Notes: generated from the letters alone by a model not told the origin. A DNA stretch of 64,000 bases from Bacteroidales bacterium (GCA_035647615.1 DASRND010000038.1:65274-129273); one strand, 5' to 3'; positions 48,413-59,602 are shown, numbered from the stretch's first letter. A program made the numbers and translations.

Positions 48413-50518
48413 CTAAACTTTTACTACGTATCCTTTAATTTTATACAGAACGTCTTCTAACAAATCGTGCGGCAGTTCTGCAAAATGCGAAAACTCCATG
48501 CTTGAGCTGGCACGTCCCGAAGAGAGGCTGCGCAATGTGGTAACATATCCAAACATGCCTGCCAGCGGCACCTGCGCATGCAACACCTGGAAATTAACCT
48601 TTGACGTAACATCTTCTATCTGTCCACGACGCTTGTTGAGGTCGCCGCTGATGTCGCCAATGTAAAGATCAGGAGTCAAAACCTCCAGTTTCATTATTGG
48701 CTCCAACATGATCAGCTTCATCTTTTTGGTTGCATTGCGAAAACCAATGTTAGCAGCAATTTCAAAAGCTAACTGGTCGCTGTCGACAGGATGGGTAGTG
48801 CCATCTTGCAAAACCACTTTCATGCTGAAAACGCCGAAACCTGCCAAAGGACCATTGAGCATTGCCATGCTAAATCCTTTGCGCACAGCTTCGATGTATT
48901 CTTTGGGAAGACGTCCGCCTTTTACTTCGCTAACAAACTGCAAACCTGTGATGCCTTCGTCGGCAGGACCAATCTCAAAAGTAATATCGGCAAACTTGCC
49001 CCGGCCACCGGTTTGTTTTTTATAAACTTCCTGATGGGTAACGGTGCTGGCAAATGCCTCTTTGTAAGCTACCTGCGGCTTACCGCGGTTGCTCTGTATA
49101 TTATATTCACGGCGCAAGCGATCCACGATTATGTCGAGGTGCAGCTCGCCCATTCCACTAATTACGAGTTGTCCGGTTTCCTGGTCGGTTTTAATTTTGA
49201 AGGTAGGATCTTCGTCTGCGATCTTTCCAAGTGCCTCGATGAGCTTTTCAAAATCATCCTGTGTTTTGGGCTCTACAGCCATTGTAATTACAGGCTCCGG
49301 GAAATTGATATTTCCAAGAACGATGGGAGCCTCAACAGCACACAAAGTATCGCCTGTACGAATTTCTTTAAAACCTACCAAAGCTCCTATGTCGCCGGCT
49401 TCGAGCATTTCAACAGGATTTTGCTTGTTGGCGTGCATCTGCATGATACGCGATATGCGCTCTTTTTTGCCGGTGCCGGTATTGAGTATTTGCATGCCGG
49501 CTTTAAGTGTTCCTGAATAAACCCGGATAAAAGCAATTTTGCCAACGTAAGGATCAGCAGAAATTTTGAAAGCTAAGGAGGCAAATTCTTTGTCAGGATC
49601 AGGAGCACGCTCTTCCTGTTTTTCGGTGTAAGGATTAATTCCTATTACCGGTGGCAGGTCGATGGGTGAAGGCAAATAAGCAGTCACGGCATCCATCAGG
49701 TTTTGGATACCTTTATTTTTAAATGCTGATCCACATAGCACCGGGGTTATCCGCATTTCAAGCGTGGCCTTGCGAACGGCGCCAATCATTTCATCGGTAG
49801 TGAGAGAAGTGGGATCGGCAATAAATTTATTGAGCAGCTCGTCGCTCTCTTCGGCAATGCCTTCGATGAGGCTTGCGCGATGGGAGGCGACAGTTTCTTT
49901 AAGGTCGTTAGGAATTTCAATTTCATTAAATACCATTCCTTTGGAGGTCTCGTCCCAGGCGTAAGCCTTGTTGGTAATCAAATCGACAATGCCTCTAAAA
50001 TCATCTTCGGCGCCAATAGGTATTTGCAACGGAATGGGGTTGGCTCCCAGCTTTTCGCGAATGTCGCTAACAGCTTTTAAGTAATCGGCGCCGGTACGAT
50101 CCATTTTATTAATAAAACAGATACGCGGCACATTGTATTTATCGGCCTGACGCCAAACAGTTTCGCTTTGGGGTTCCACGCATCCTACTGCACAAAAAAC
50201 CACTACAGCTCCGTCGAGCACGCGCAGTGCGCGTTCTACTTCAACAGTAAAATCGACGTGCCCGGGGGTATCGATGATGTTGACTTTGTAATGGTTGTTG
50301 TGGAAATCCCAAAAAACGGTAGTTGCAGCAGAATTGATGGTAATGCCGCGCTCCTGCTCCTGGATCATAAAATCCATGGTAGCAGCGCCATCGTGCACCT
50401 CGCCCATCTTGTAGTTGATGCCGGTGTAATACAGGATACGTTCGGTCGTAGTGGTCTTACCCGCATCAATGTGCGCCATTATCCCGATGTTCCTAATATG
50501 TTGTAAACCGTGTGGCAT
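48413..50518 (-). CDS. fusA: elongation factor G
   Basis: [26 protein letters not shown] (G1), DTPGHVDF (G3) and NKMDR (G4); full five-domain length. Confidence 0.97.
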   Translation of the reverse strand: MPHGLQHIRNIGIMAHIDAGKTTTTERILYYTGINYKMGEVHDGAATMDFMIQEQERGITINSAATTVFWDFHNNHYKVNIIDTPGHVDFTVEVERALRVLDGAVVVFCAVGCVEPQSETVWRQADKYNVPRICFINKMDRTGADYLKAVSDIREKLGANPIPLQIPIGAEDDFRGIVDLITNKAYAWDETSKGMVFNEIEIPNDLKETVASHRASLIEGIAEESDELLNKFIADPTSLTTDEMIGAVRKATLEMRITPVLCGSAFKNKGIQNLMDAVTAYLPSPIDLPPVIGINPYTEKQEERAPDPDKEFASLAFKISADPYVGKIAFIRVYSGTLKAGMQILNTGTGKKERISRIMQMHANKQNPVEMLEAGDIGALVGFKEIRTGDTLCAVEAPIVLGNINFPEPVITMAVEPKTQDDFEKLIEALGKIADEDPTFKIKTDQETGQLVISGMGELHLDIIVDRLRREYNIQSNRGKPQVAYKEAFASTVTHQEVYKKQTGGRGKFADITFEIGPADEGITGLQFVSEVKGGRLPKEYIEAVRKGFSMAMLNGPLAGFGVFSMKVVLQDGTTHPVDSDQLAFEIAANIGFRNATKKMKLIMLEPIMKLEVLTPDLYIGDISGDLNKRRGQIEDVTSKVNFQVLHAQVPLAGMFGYVTTLRSLSSGRASSSMEFSHFAELPHDLLEDVLYKIKGYVVKV

Positions 50519-50555
50519 CGCCAGTTATTATTTCTGCTTTATTATGGTGTTAATA

Positions 50556-51026
50556 TTAAAATCTAAAATGTGAGAATGCTTTGTTGGCTTCGGCCATGCG
50601 ATGGATATCTTCCTTACGCTTGTAGGCACCACCTTCTTCTTTGAAACCGGCCAATATTTCGCTGGCAAGTTTGCGTGCCATCGATTTCTCGTTCCGTTTC
50701 CGGGCAAACGAGATCATGTTTTTCATGCCGATGGATTGTTTACGTGAAGCCGGGATTTCGGTAGGTATCTGAAAAGTAGCACCCCCGATACGACGGCTGC
50801 GTACCTCTACAGCAGGTGTAACGTTGGCAAGAGCTTTTTTCCATACTTCCAGAGTATCCTCCTCTTTCGATTTTTCGGCTACAATCTCCATAGCATCATA
50901 AAAAATCTTGAAAGCAAGGTCTTTCTTTCCGCAAAGCATCAGGTTGTTAATAAATTTTGTAACAACGATATCATTGAACTTCGGGTCGGGAAGAATGATT
51001 CTCTTTTTTGGTTTAGCTTTCCTCAT
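50556..51026 (-). CDS. rpsG: 30S ribosomal protein uS7
   Basis: [20 protein letters not shown]...[15 protein letters not shown]. Confidence 0.97.
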   Translation of the reverse strand: MRKAKPKKRIILPDPKFNDIVVTKFINNLMLCGKKDLAFKIFYDAMEIVAEKSKEEDTLEVWKKALANVTPAVEVRSRRIGGATFQIPTEIPASRKQSIGMKNMISFARKRNEKSMARKLASEILAGFKEEGGAYKRKEDIHRMAEANKAFSHFRF

Positions 51027-51059
51027 TGTATTGTGAATTAAATCCTTTTACCTGAATGA

Positions 51060-51437
51060 CTATTTCTGTTTAGGCTTCTTGGTTCCATATTTCGAACGAC
51101 GCTGTGTACGGCCTTCAACTCCGGAAGTATCCAGTGCACCGCGGATGATGTGATAACGCACACCTGGCAGGTCTTTCACACGACCGCCACGGATCATCAC
51201 GATGGAGTGCTCCTGCAGGTTGTGACCTTCGCCAGGAATGTAGGCGTTCACCTCTTTTTGGTTGGTAAGCCTTACCCTTGCCACTTTGCGCATAGCCGAA
51301 TTAGGCTTCTTGGGTGTGGTAGTGTAAACACGAACACAAACGCCACGGCGCTGCGGACACGAATCCAAAGCAGGCGATTTACTCTTCTCGGTTAATCTCT
51401 TGCGGCCCTTACGAACCAACTGTTGTATTGTAGGCAT
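51060..51437 (-). CDS. rpsL: 30S ribosomal protein uS12
   Basis: [12 protein letters not shown]...[17 protein letters not shown]...[13 protein letters not shown]. Confidence 0.97.
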   Translation of the reverse strand: MPTIQQLVRKGRKRLTEKSKSPALDSCPQRRGVCVRVYTTTPKKPNSAMRKVARVRLTNQKEVNAYIPGEGHNLQEHSIVMIRGGRVKDLPGVRYHIIRGALDTSGVEGRTQRRSKYGTKKPKQK

Positions 51438-51488
51438 ATTCGAACTTTGGTTTAATTTCTGCTAGTTAGCCCCACTTTTTTGGGGGTG

Positions 51489-51496
51489 CAAAAGTA
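51489..51496 (-). promoter_or_regulatory. candidate -7 box (TACTTTTG on the minus strand) for the str/ribosomal superoperon
   Basis: Exact TAnnTTTG match 52 nt upstream of the rpsL ATG. The same 10-mer, TGTACTTTTG on the minus strand (CAAAAGTACA on the plus strand), recurs at 51731-51740. Confidence 0.45.
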
Positions 51497-51988
51497 CAAA
51501 AAAAATTAAACAAACTATCTCCACCTGAATTTTTTTCAGATTAAAAAAACTACGTCAAGTGTGGTGGGAAATAAAAAGGAGGGATACTAATATTCTCCGA
51601 GGCAAAATGAGCATCCTACTGCGGAAGCACATTAGAAACCTTTTACTACCTCATTTTATCAGGTTTCCTTTAAATTTCTCTTCTCACTCTGCTCTTGCTT
51701 CGGCATAAATGCTTTGGTCAAAAGCGGGCACAAAAGTACACTCAATTATTTAAAAACAAAATTTATTTTCCTTTTTTATCAATTTATTTCTAACCGATGC
51801 CTAAAAAGTCTGCTAGGTCAACACTTCAGAGGGTTCTTACAATTCCTTTACAACACAAATCATTTAATAATAACTGAAAACTAACGCCTGTTACCGTAAA
51901 ATAGTAACTTTGACCGGCATAAAAACATTTCCGGCTACCGGCAAAAAGGGTACACCACAAAGCCGAAATCAGATTTTAAAATACGGGT

Positions 51989-54433
51989 ATGAAAACTATT
52001 GTTAGTTTGCTATTGGTATTATTTTCAATGCAATCATTTGCTTCTGTCAACATCGACAGCCTTTTGGATGCAGCCCGCAACACAAAATATTCCGACTCAC
52101 TACGCCTCGAAACTTACGAGGATATCACCCGGAAACTCATCAACACCAATGGCGATTCCTGCCGCATGTTTTGCCAGGAAGGTGCCGAGCTGGCCAAGGG
52201 TGCAGGCAATGCGGTGTTTGAATTTTCTTTTTATGCACGCATCGGAAGATCCTACTACTACGAAGGCAATTATGGTGAGATAGCTCATTATTGGACGGAA
52301 GCGCTGCGGGTGAGCGAGGCCTCAGGCGATCCCTTTATTATCTCTCAGTCGCTCAACAATCTCGGCGTACTTTATCAAAGCATTCAGCCCGATTCCGAAA
52401 AAGCCATTGAATATTATACCAGAGCGGTCGAATACAAAAAACTGATCAACGACACCGCTTCGATGTTGATGACACGAATGAACATTGGTGTTATTTATAT
52501 GGAAGCCTTACGCCTGCAGGAGGCGCAGCAGGTTTTTGATGAACTGTTGCCTATGGTTGAATTTCTAAAAAAACCAAAGCAGAAATATTCGCTGTACACT
52601 AATGTTGCAGCCAACTACGGTAAAATTGCCAGTGAACAAAATGTACGAAAATATTTTTACGAAGCTTTGAAGTATTATTTCCTGGCTGAAAGCGAGTTGA
52701 ACAAAGCCGACAATACTTATCATCGTACAATACTTATGCTCAATATTGGCGATACTTATTTGCAACTCGACGATTATGATAATGGTTTTAAGTACCTCAA
52801 CGAAAGCCTGAGATTAGCACGTAAAAATAACGCTACCGAAAGGCGACTCGCGGTTTACATGGTGATGCGTAATCACTACGTGTCGATGAGAGATTATAAA
52901 AAGGCTTATTTCTATCAGGATTCGGTAACTATGATGAATGCTGAAATTAATAAACTCGAAGCCTCGAAAGCACTGGATGAAATAACCACCCGCTACGAAA
53001 CAGAAAAAAAAGAAGCCGAAAATCAACGTCTTCAGAGACGGATGAGCAGAGAGGAAGAAAGGAGCCGACGCATCGTAATCATCAACTATATTTTTCTGGC
53101 TGTAACCATTCTGCTGGCAATTTTTGTACTTGTTGTCACCATATTAATAACACAAAATAAAAAACGCAACCGGTTATTGCTAAAATCGCAACGCGAACTG
53201 GAGGAGCTTAACCAGGATTTAAAGCGCTCGAATGAGGAAACCGAACGGGCTCTTGCGTTTCGGTCACAGTTTATGGCCAATATGAGTCATGAAATCAGAA
53301 CCCCACTCAACATCATTATTGGTTTTAATACTTTTTTAAATAAAAACATCGACGACCCACAACTAAAGAAATACACTGAATCCATCGAGGTGAGCAGCTA
53401 CAACCTGCTTCGTTTTCTTAACGACATTCTGGATATGTCGAAGCTAGAGGCCAACCGTGTAACCCTTAACAGCGACCGGGTGAATCTTAGATTTTTGATA
53501 CAAGGCATCCGCGAGTTGTTTGTTCTCAAATCCCAGAATAAAGAGATTGCCTTTCTTCTGGAAATAGATAAAAGCGTGCCGCACGAAGTAATTCTGGATG
53601 AAGTAAGGCTGCGGCAAATAGTGATGAACCTTGTGGGAAATGCCATCAAATTTACCGATACGGGATATGTAAAAGTAAAGATAGATTGCCCGGATTCCAA
53701 CAATTTCAGTGCACAGATGGCGGGTAAAACCAACATCAGGATACAAATTGAAGACACTGGCATTGGTATCGATGCCGACGATCACGAAATTGTTTTTGAG
53801 CCTTTCAGGCAGGTGAACCTGAAAGAGCAGAAAAAATTAGGTGGATCGGGACTTGGTTTGGGCATTTCGCGTCGGCTCACCGAAATCATGAATGGCCACA
53901 TTTCGCTAACGAGCGTCAAAGGCAAAGGCAGCACCTTTACGGTAATTTTTGAGGATGTTCCTGTGGTTTACGAAATCAGCTCTGCCACACCTCCGGCACC
54001 AGGGCGGTCGGCTCAGCCTGTGTACGATTTCAAGAACAGCCTGCTGTTGGTTGCCGACGACGAAGAGATGAACCGCGATCTCATTAAAACATGTTTTGAA
54101 AAATATAACCTCAGAATTATAGAAGCCGAAAATGGTGCACAAGCCATCGAGATGACAAAACAACACAAGCCCGATCTGATTTTGATGGATATAAAAATGC
54201 CGATAGTCGATGGGATAGAAGCAGCAAGCGCAATAAACAATGATCCTGAAATTAGCAAAATAAAGATTTTGGCTTTTTCAGCCTCCGATATTTTCGATCA
54301 GATACCCCGGAAAGAACATGAATGTTTTTCAGGTCTCATCACCAAACCCATCATCCTGGAGGAACTTTACAATAAAACTGCCGAAATATTGCCGCACACC
54401 ATTTCATTTAGCGAAAGCGCTGACGAACTCTAA
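51989..54433 (+). CDS. hybrid sensor histidine kinase/response regulator with periplasmic TPR-repeat sensor region
   Basis: Signal peptide, TPR-like repeats and one TM helix. HisKA FMANMSHEIRTPLN; HATPase GNAIKFT and GSGLGLGISRRL. C-terminal receiver LLVADDEEMN...PDLILMDIKMP. Confidence 0.9.
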   Translation: MKTIVSLLLVLFSMQSFASVNIDSLLDAARNTKYSDSLRLETYEDITRKLINTNGDSCRMFCQEGAELAKGAGNAVFEFSFYARIGRSYYYEGNYGEIAHYWTEALRVSEASGDPFIISQSLNNLGVLYQSIQPDSEKAIEYYTRAVEYKKLINDTASMLMTRMNIGVIYMEALRLQEAQQVFDELLPMVEFLKKPKQKYSLYTNVAANYGKIASEQNVRKYFYEALKYYFLAESELNKADNTYHRTILMLNIGDTYLQLDDYDNGFKYLNESLRLARKNNATERRLAVYMVMRNHYVSMRDYKKAYFYQDSVTMMNAEINKLEASKALDEITTRYETEKKEAENQRLQRRMSREEERSRRIVIINYIFLAVTILLAIFVLVVTILITQNKKRNRLLLKSQRELEELNQDLKRSNEETERALAFRSQFMANMSHEIRTPLNIIIGFNTFLNKNIDDPQLKKYTESIEVSSYNLLRFLNDILDMSKLEANRVTLNSDRVNLRFLIQGIRELFVLKSQNKEIAFLLEIDKSVPHEVILDEVRLRQIVMNLVGNAIKFTDTGYVKVKIDCPDSNNFSAQMAGKTNIRIQIEDTGIGIDADDHEIVFEPFRQVNLKEQKKLGGSGLGLGISRRLTEIMNGHISLTSVKGKGSTFTVIFEDVPVVYEISSATPPAPGRSAQPVYDFKNSLLLVADDEEMNRDLIKTCFEKYNLRIIEAENGAQAIEMTKQHKPDLILMDIKMPIVDGIEAASAINNDPEISKIKILAFSASDIFDQIPRKEHECFSGLITKPIILEELYNKTAEILPHTISFSESADEL

Positions 54434-54523
54434 ATACCTCTTCTCATGACTCCGCTGTAACAAAGTCAGGACGGGTCGCCATGATCAAGACGGCGCCTCG
54501 GAGCATATTGAATTTCCAAGATC

Positions 54524-55837
54524 CTATTCCTCTCCGGCAGGCACTCCATAAAGATCGAAGGCTTCGACACCAGTAATTTTTATCTCATAGAAATTACCCG
54601 GTGTCAGTTTGTGGACTTCAGATATCAACACTTCGTTGTCCACCTCCGGCGAATCGTACTCGGTACGTCCCACCCAAAAACCTCCCTCTTTGCGGTCGAT
54701 AATGGTTTTGTACACCTTGCCTATACGCTGGCTATTTAGCTCCAGCGAAATACTTTCCTGCAACGCCATCAGCTCCTGTGCACGCTCCTGTTTTATTTCC
54801 TCCGGCACATCGTCGACAAGGGAATAAGCGGGCGTATCTTCTTCGTGCGAATAGGTGAACACGCCCATCCTTTCGAACTTCTGCTCTGCCACAAATTGTT
54901 TCAAAGCCTTAAAGTCCTCATTAGTTTCGCCGGGAAACCCAACGATGAGTGTGGTGCGCAATGCCACCCCAGGGACAGCTTCACGTATTTTTTGCAAAAG
55001 CTCCCGCATTTGACCGGTGGTGTGCCCACGGTGCATCTTTTGTAAAATGGGATCAGAAAAATGTTGTAAAGGAATGTCGAGATAGCGACAGATGACGGCT
55101 TGTTTGCGCATTACATCCAAAACATCCATCGGGAAACCGGCAGGATAAGCGTAGTGAAGCCTGATCCATTGCACGCCGGGAATGGCTGCCAGCTCGCGCA
55201 CTAAGTCGGCCAGGGCACGGCGACGATAAATATCAAGACCGTACCAGGTGATATCCTGCGCAATAAGTATCAGTTCTTTTACACCTCCGGCAACAAGAAA
55301 ACGGGCTTCGGCTACCAGACTTTCGATGGTGCGCGAAATATGTTTGCCCCGAATGAGCGGGATGGCGCAAAAAGCGCAGTTGCGGTCGCAGCCCTCCGAA
55401 ATTTTAAGATAGGCATAATGTGGGGGGGTCGTTACCGAGCGCTCACCAAGAAGCTCTTTGCGGTAATTAACCTGCAAATCTTTGAGAATGACGCCAAGAT
55501 CGGAAACACCATAAAAAGCATCCACCTCATGAATTTCGGCTTCGAGCTGCGTTTTGTATCGTTGCGACAAGCAGCCCATCACATACAAACGATCAATTTT
55601 ACCGGCTTTTCGCGCTTGCGCAAATTGCAAAATCATATCTATCGACTCTTCTTTGGCATCGTTGATAAAGCCACAGGTGTTGATGATAACGATACCGCTT
55701 TTCACCTCTGCAGCATCGTGTCGAACGCTGTATCCACCAGCTTTTAACTGATACGACAGCACCTCGGAGTCAACCACATTTTTGGAACAACCCAGGGTGA
55801 TGATGTGAATATCCTGATGGGATTTTTTTGTTAACAA
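54524..55837 (-). CDS. rimO: ribosomal protein S12 methylthiotransferase RimO
   Basis: MTTase N-domain IHIITLGCSKNVVDSE, radical-SAM cluster EGCDRNCAFCAIP, and a C-terminal TRAM domain. TTG start. Confidence 0.9.
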   Translation of the reverse strand: MLTKKSHQDIHIITLGCSKNVVDSEVLSYQLKAGGYSVRHDAAEVKSGIVIINTCGFINDAKEESIDMILQFAQARKAGKIDRLYVMGCLSQRYKTQLEAEIHEVDAFYGVSDLGVILKDLQVNYRKELLGERSVTTPPHYAYLKISEGCDRNCAFCAIPLIRGKHISRTIESLVAEARFLVAGGVKELILIAQDITWYGLDIYRRRALADLVRELAAIPGVQWIRLHYAYPAGFPMDVLDVMRKQAVICRYLDIPLQHFSDPILQKMHRGHTTGQMRELLQKIREAVPGVALRTTLIVGFPGETNEDFKALKQFVAEQKFERMGVFTYSHEEDTPAYSLVDDVPEEIKQERAQELMALQESISLELNSQRIGKVYKTIIDRKEGGFWVGRTEYDSPEVDNEVLISEVHKLTPGNFYEIKITGVEAFDLYGVPAGEE

Positions 55838-55910
55838 CTAAAAATGATTTTTTATTAAAAGCCAGCCTCTAAAAAGGTTTCCAATACCTTCGATTTCAAT
55901 TTTCTAATCT

Positions 55911-56864
55911 CTAACTCGCAAAGAGCGAATCCACAAATTCATTTTTATTAAAAATCTGAAGGTCTTCAATTTTTTCGCCGATACCGATATACTTTACAGG
56001 GATCTTAAACTGATCTGAAATCCCGATAACAACGCCACCTTTGGCCGTACCATCGAGTTTGGTAAGCGCCAGAGCGTTTACCTCGGTAGCTGCCGTAAAC
56101 TGCCGTGCCTGCTCTATGGCGTTTTGGCCGGTGGAGGCATCCAGCACCAGCAAAATTTCATGCGGGGCATTGGCCACCACTTTTTTCATCACCATTTTTA
56201 TCTTGGTCAGCTCGTTCATCAGGCCAATTTTGTTGTGCAGCCGTCCGGCAGTGTCGATGATCACCACATCATAATTTCCGGCAACAGCCGATTTGAGTGT
56301 ATCGAAGGAAACAGAGGCCGGATCGGCGCCCATTCCCTGACTTACGATAGAAACGCCGGCACGCTCTGCCCAAATAGTGAGCTGATCGACGGCAGCAGCT
56401 CTAAAAGTATCGGCAGCGCCCAGAAGCACTTTTTTTCCGGCGCTTTTAAATTGGTGCGCAAGCTTGCCTATGGTGGTAGTTTTACCTACACCATTTACGC
56501 CCACCACCATAATAACATAGGGTTCAGGACGTGGGGCAAAATCGAATGGGAGCAAAACCCCACTTTCATTTTCAGCAAGCAGTCCGGCAATCTCTTCTTT
56601 CAACAAGCGATTGAGTTCGGAAGCGCCCACATACTTATCGCGGGCCACGCGTGCCTCAATGCGCTCGATGATCTTCAGCGTGGTGGTTACACCCACGTCG
56701 GAAGTAACCAGGATTTCCTCCAAATTGTCGAGCACCTCGTCGTCGACCTTGGTTTTTCCGGCAACGGCTTTTGTAAGTTTCGAAAACACGCTGGCCTTGG
56801 TTTTCTCCAGGCCCTCGTCGAGTTTCTCTTTTTTCTTTTTCGAAAACACATTAAAAAGTCCCAT
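55911..56864 (-). CDS. ftsY: signal recognition particle receptor FtsY
   Basis: NG domain with VVGVNGVGKTTTIGKLA, DTAGRL and LTKLDGTAKGG. Confidence 0.95.
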   Translation of the reverse strand: MGLFNVFSKKKKEKLDEGLEKTKASVFSKLTKAVAGKTKVDDEVLDNLEEILVTSDVGVTTTLKIIERIEARVARDKYVGASELNRLLKEEIAGLLAENESGVLLPFDFAPRPEPYVIMVVGVNGVGKTTTIGKLAHQFKSAGKKVLLGAADTFRAAAVDQLTIWAERAGVSIVSQGMGADPASVSFDTLKSAVAGNYDVVIIDTAGRLHNKIGLMNELTKIKMVMKKVVANAPHEILLVLDASTGQNAIEQARQFTAATEVNALALTKLDGTAKGGVVIGISDQFKIPVKYIGIGEKIEDLQIFNKNEFVDSLFAS

Positions 56865-56900
56865 AATTCGGTGGTTTTATTTTTTGTTTGTACCCATACA

Positions 56901-56931
56901 AAAAAAGCCTTCCCCGGTAGCGGAAAAGGCT
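56901..56931 (-). terminator. hairpin plus U-tract between the DUF4295 gene and ftsY (terminator/attenuator)
   Basis: The minus strand reads AGCCTTTTCC-gctacc-GGGGAAGGCT followed by TTTTTTTG. Confidence 0.5.
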
Positions 56932-56961
56932 CATCTATCATTTCCCGGTAAGGGAACGATA

Positions 56962-57114
56962 TTATTTTTTACCAATGAACTCCTGCACCTTATCGTTAGG
57001 AATTATGTCTTCCTTGAAGGTGTATGCTCCGGATTTTGCAGATTTTACAACCTGTATCACCTTTGCGAAGTCCTTACTGATAGATTGCAGCGAAGCAACA
57101 ACTTTCTTTGCCAT
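56962..57114 (-). CDS. DUF4295-family small protein (50 aa; below the ORF-track cutoff)
   Basis: Hand translation gives MAKKVVASLQSISKDFAKVIQVVKSAKSGAYTFKEDIIPNDKVQEFIGKK*. A small Lys-rich gene in this slot after rpmG is characteristic of Bacteroidota. The family name is recalled from memory, not searched. Confidence 0.7.
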   Translation of the reverse strand: MAKKVVASLQSISKDFAKVIQVVKSAKSGAYTFKEDIIPNDKVQEFIGKK

Positions 57115-57126
57115 ATCGTACTATTT

Positions 57127-57315
57127 TTATTTGATTTCTCTGTGAACGGTCATTTTTTTCATAATCGGATTGTACTTCTTCAGTTCCAATCTTTCCGGTG
57201 TATTCTTCTTGTTTTTAGTAGAGATGTACCGTGATGTTCCGGGCAAACCACTGGTTTTGTGCTCGGTGCATTCCATGATTACCTGGATGCGTGCGTCTTT
57301 AGATTTTTTTGCCAT
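57127..57315 (-). CDS. rpmG: 50S ribosomal protein bL33
   Basis: [62 protein letters not shown]. Confidence 0.95.
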   Translation of the reverse strand: MAKKSKDARIQVIMECTEHKTSGLPGTSRYISTKNKKNTPERLELKKYNPIMKKMTVHREIK

Positions 57316-57347
57316 TTGTCTGTTTCCTTCAATATTTTTCTGGCCGG

Positions 57348-57355
57348 CAAAAGTA
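57348..57355 (-). promoter_or_regulatory. candidate -7 box (TACTTTTG on the minus strand) for rpmG-DUF4295(-ftsY)
   Basis: Exact TAnnTTTG match 33 nt upstream of the rpmG ATG. Confidence 0.45.
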
Positions 57356-57413
57356 GTTACTAATTTTTAGATGGCCAATTTATTTTCTGATTTTTTTTTA
57401 AAAGAACTCAATT

Positions 57414-59201
57414 TTAACTATTCATCGAAATTAAAAACTCTTCGTTTGTCTGTGTAAATCGCATCTTATCTTTAAGAAACTCCATGGCTTCTATGGTGTT
57501 CATATCGGCCAGGTGGTTGCGTAATATCCAAATACGTTGCAGGATTTCCTTGTCGAGCAGCAGGTCGTCGCGGCGGGTACTTGAGGCCACAATGTCGATG
57601 GCAGGATAAATGCGTTTGTTGGAGAGCTTGCGGTCGAGCTGCAGCTCCATGTTTCCGGTACCTTTAAACTCCTCGAAGATCACCTCGTCCATTTTCGATC
57701 CGGTGTCGATGAGCGCTGTAGAGATAATGGTGAGTGAGCCGCCATGTTCGATTTGTCGTGCTGCCCCAAAGAAACGTTTGGGTTTGTGCAGTGCGTTGGC
57801 TTCTACCCCACCTGAGAGCACTTTGCCCGATGCCGGCGACACCGTATTATAGGCGCGCGCCAGGCGGGTGATGGAATCGAGCAGAATCACCACGTCGTGG
57901 CCACACTCAGTGAGACGCTTGGCTTTTTCGAGAACGATGTTGGCAATTTTAACGTGCCGGTCGGCAGGCTCGTCAAAAGTACTGGCAATCACTTCGGCTC
58001 TTACGCTGCGTGCCATATCGGTAACCTCCTCGGGGCGCTCGTCGATGAGCAAAACAATCATATATACTTCCGGGTGGTTGTAGGCGATGGCATTGGCAAT
58101 TTCCTTAAGCAAAACGGTTTTTCCGGTTTTGGGCTGTGCCACAATCAGACCGCGCTGGCCTTTGCCGATGGGAGTAAACATATCGATAATCCGTGTCGAA
58201 ATGGTTTCGCCGGGATGTCCGGTGAGGTTGAATTTTTTCTCCGGGAAAAGTGGCGTCAAAAAATCAAACGGGATGCGGTCGCGGGCTTCTTCAGGGGTGC
58301 GGCCATTGATCTTTTCTACTTTGATCAGCGGAAAATATTTCTCCCCTTCTTTTGGCGGGCGAATAGCACCACGCACAGTATCGCCGGTTTTCAGGCCAAA
58401 AAGTTTTATCTGCGATTGCGACACATAAATATCATCAGGCGAGTTGAGATAGTTGTAATCAGCCGAACGTAAAAACCCGTATCCATCCTGAATCACTTCC
58501 AGTACACCCTCTGTAACCACTGCGCCATCGAGCTCTGCAGCCACATTTTTATTCTGACGCTGCTGATCACTGGTACGCTGAGGCTGATGATGTTCGTCAG
58601 TATTGCCAGTATCGGGCACGTTGTCGGAGGAACGTTTGTCTGTTTGACGATTACCTTTATCTATGGAGCGATTATCTTTATCTGAAGAACGATTGTCTTT
58701 ATCTGAAGAGCGATTTTCAGGTGGCGCTTTTGGTTTATCCTCAGAAGGCGATGCCTGTTTATTTTCACGGCGTTCAAAGCGGGGGGCGTTTTGATCCTTG
58801 TCGCTGCGCTGCTTATGATCGCGACGAACAGGACGCTCCTGCTGCACCGGTGCTTTTTCGGTTTTTGCTTCAGCAGCAGCAGGCACTACTTTGGCTTCAA
58901 TTGGCGGTTGCCCGCCAGTGTTACTTGAAGCCAGCTTCTCTTTTACCGGCTCCGGATTGATGCGACGGCGACGGCTGCGATCTTGATTGCGGGAATCATA
59001 ACCAGTACCCTTAGCTTCCGGTGCTCCGTTTGTACGGCTCTTTTGATCTGGTTTCTCAGGAGGGTTTAGCGCCTGATGATCTAAAATTTTGTAGATCAGA
59101 TCCTGCTTCTTAAGGTTATTGATTTTACTAATGTCCAAATCTTTGGCTATTTGCTTCAACTCGGTGAGCAATTTGCCGTTCAATTCGATAATATCGTACA
59201 T
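57414..59201 (-). CDS. rho: transcription termination factor Rho with ~200-aa low-complexity N-terminal insertion
   Basis: Rho N-terminal helix bundle [22 protein letters not shown]. Cold-shock-like RNA-binding domain [15 protein letters not shown]. Walker A AQPKTGKT, and Q/R loops. The start is set at the ATG at 59201; the track start at 59252 adds 17 residues. Confidence 0.93.
   Translation of the reverse strand: MYDIIELNGKLLTELKQIAKDLDISKINNLKKQDLIYKILDHQALNPPEKPDQKSRTNGAPEAKGTGYDSRNQDRSRRRRINPEPVKEKLASSNTGGQPPIEAKVVPAAAEAKTEKAPVQQERPVRRDHKQRSDKDQNAPRFERRENKQASPSEDKPKAPPENRSSDKDNRSSDKDNRSIDKGNRQTDKRSSDNVPDTGNTDEHHQPQRTSDQQRQNKNVAAELDGAVVTEGVLEVIQDGYGFLRSADYNYLNSPDDIYVSQSQIKLFGLKTGDTVRGAIRPPKEGEKYFPLIKVEKINGRTPEEARDRIPFDFLTPLFPEKKFNLTGHPGETISTRIIDMFTPIGKGQRGLIVAQPKTGKTVLLKEIANAIAYNHPEVYMIVLLIDERPEEVTDMARSVRAEVIASTFDEPADRHVKIANIVLEKAKRLTECGHDVVILLDSITRLARAYNTVSPASGKVLSGGVEANALHKPKRFFGAARQIEHGGSLTIISTALIDTGSKMDEVIFEEFKGTGNMELQLDRKLSNKRIYPAIDIVASSTRRDDLLLDKEILQRIWILRNHLADMNTIEAMEFLKDKMRFTQTNEEFLISMNS
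58648..58720 (-). repeat. 21-bp in-frame tandem repeat inside rho (about 3.3 copies, encoding SSDKDNR heptads)
   Basis: Plus-strand units are CGATTACCTTTATCTATGGAG (58648), CGATTATCTTTATCTGAAGAA (58669), CGATTGTCTTTATCTGAAGAG (58690) and a partial unit at 58711. Confidence 0.85.
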
Positions 59202-59594
59202 GAATGTAAATTTTGTTGTTCTGAAATTTTGTTGTTCTCCGGGCAGCACCATCAGGCAACTACCCGGAAATTCAGTGCTGTTATTAATAAAATGACTGCT
59301 GCAATTGCCGACTGCATCTTTTCGTATGCTCTGAAAGAGCTAATAAATGTTGCTGGTGGACAATAAAGAACTGAATGATATTCAACTACCTAAACAGCAG
59401 TACTTTTATAATTTGCATTGAAAAGTAAAAAGGAAATTTATCAAAGAAAATTAGATAAATAATTGATAAAAGATTAAGTTTCAAGACGGCAAAGATAATT
59501 ATTTTTAATAGCGATGCATTTTAAGCTAAATTTTTTAATTTTTATTTTATTACAAATGCTGACAACGTAAACTGCTCAAAAAAGTAAATGATCG

Positions 59595-59602
59595 TATATT
59601 TG
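59595..59602 (+). promoter_or_regulatory. candidate -7 box TATATTTG for the DUF4293-like gene
   Basis: Exact TAnnTTTG match 38 nt upstream of the ATG at 59641. Confidence 0.4.
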
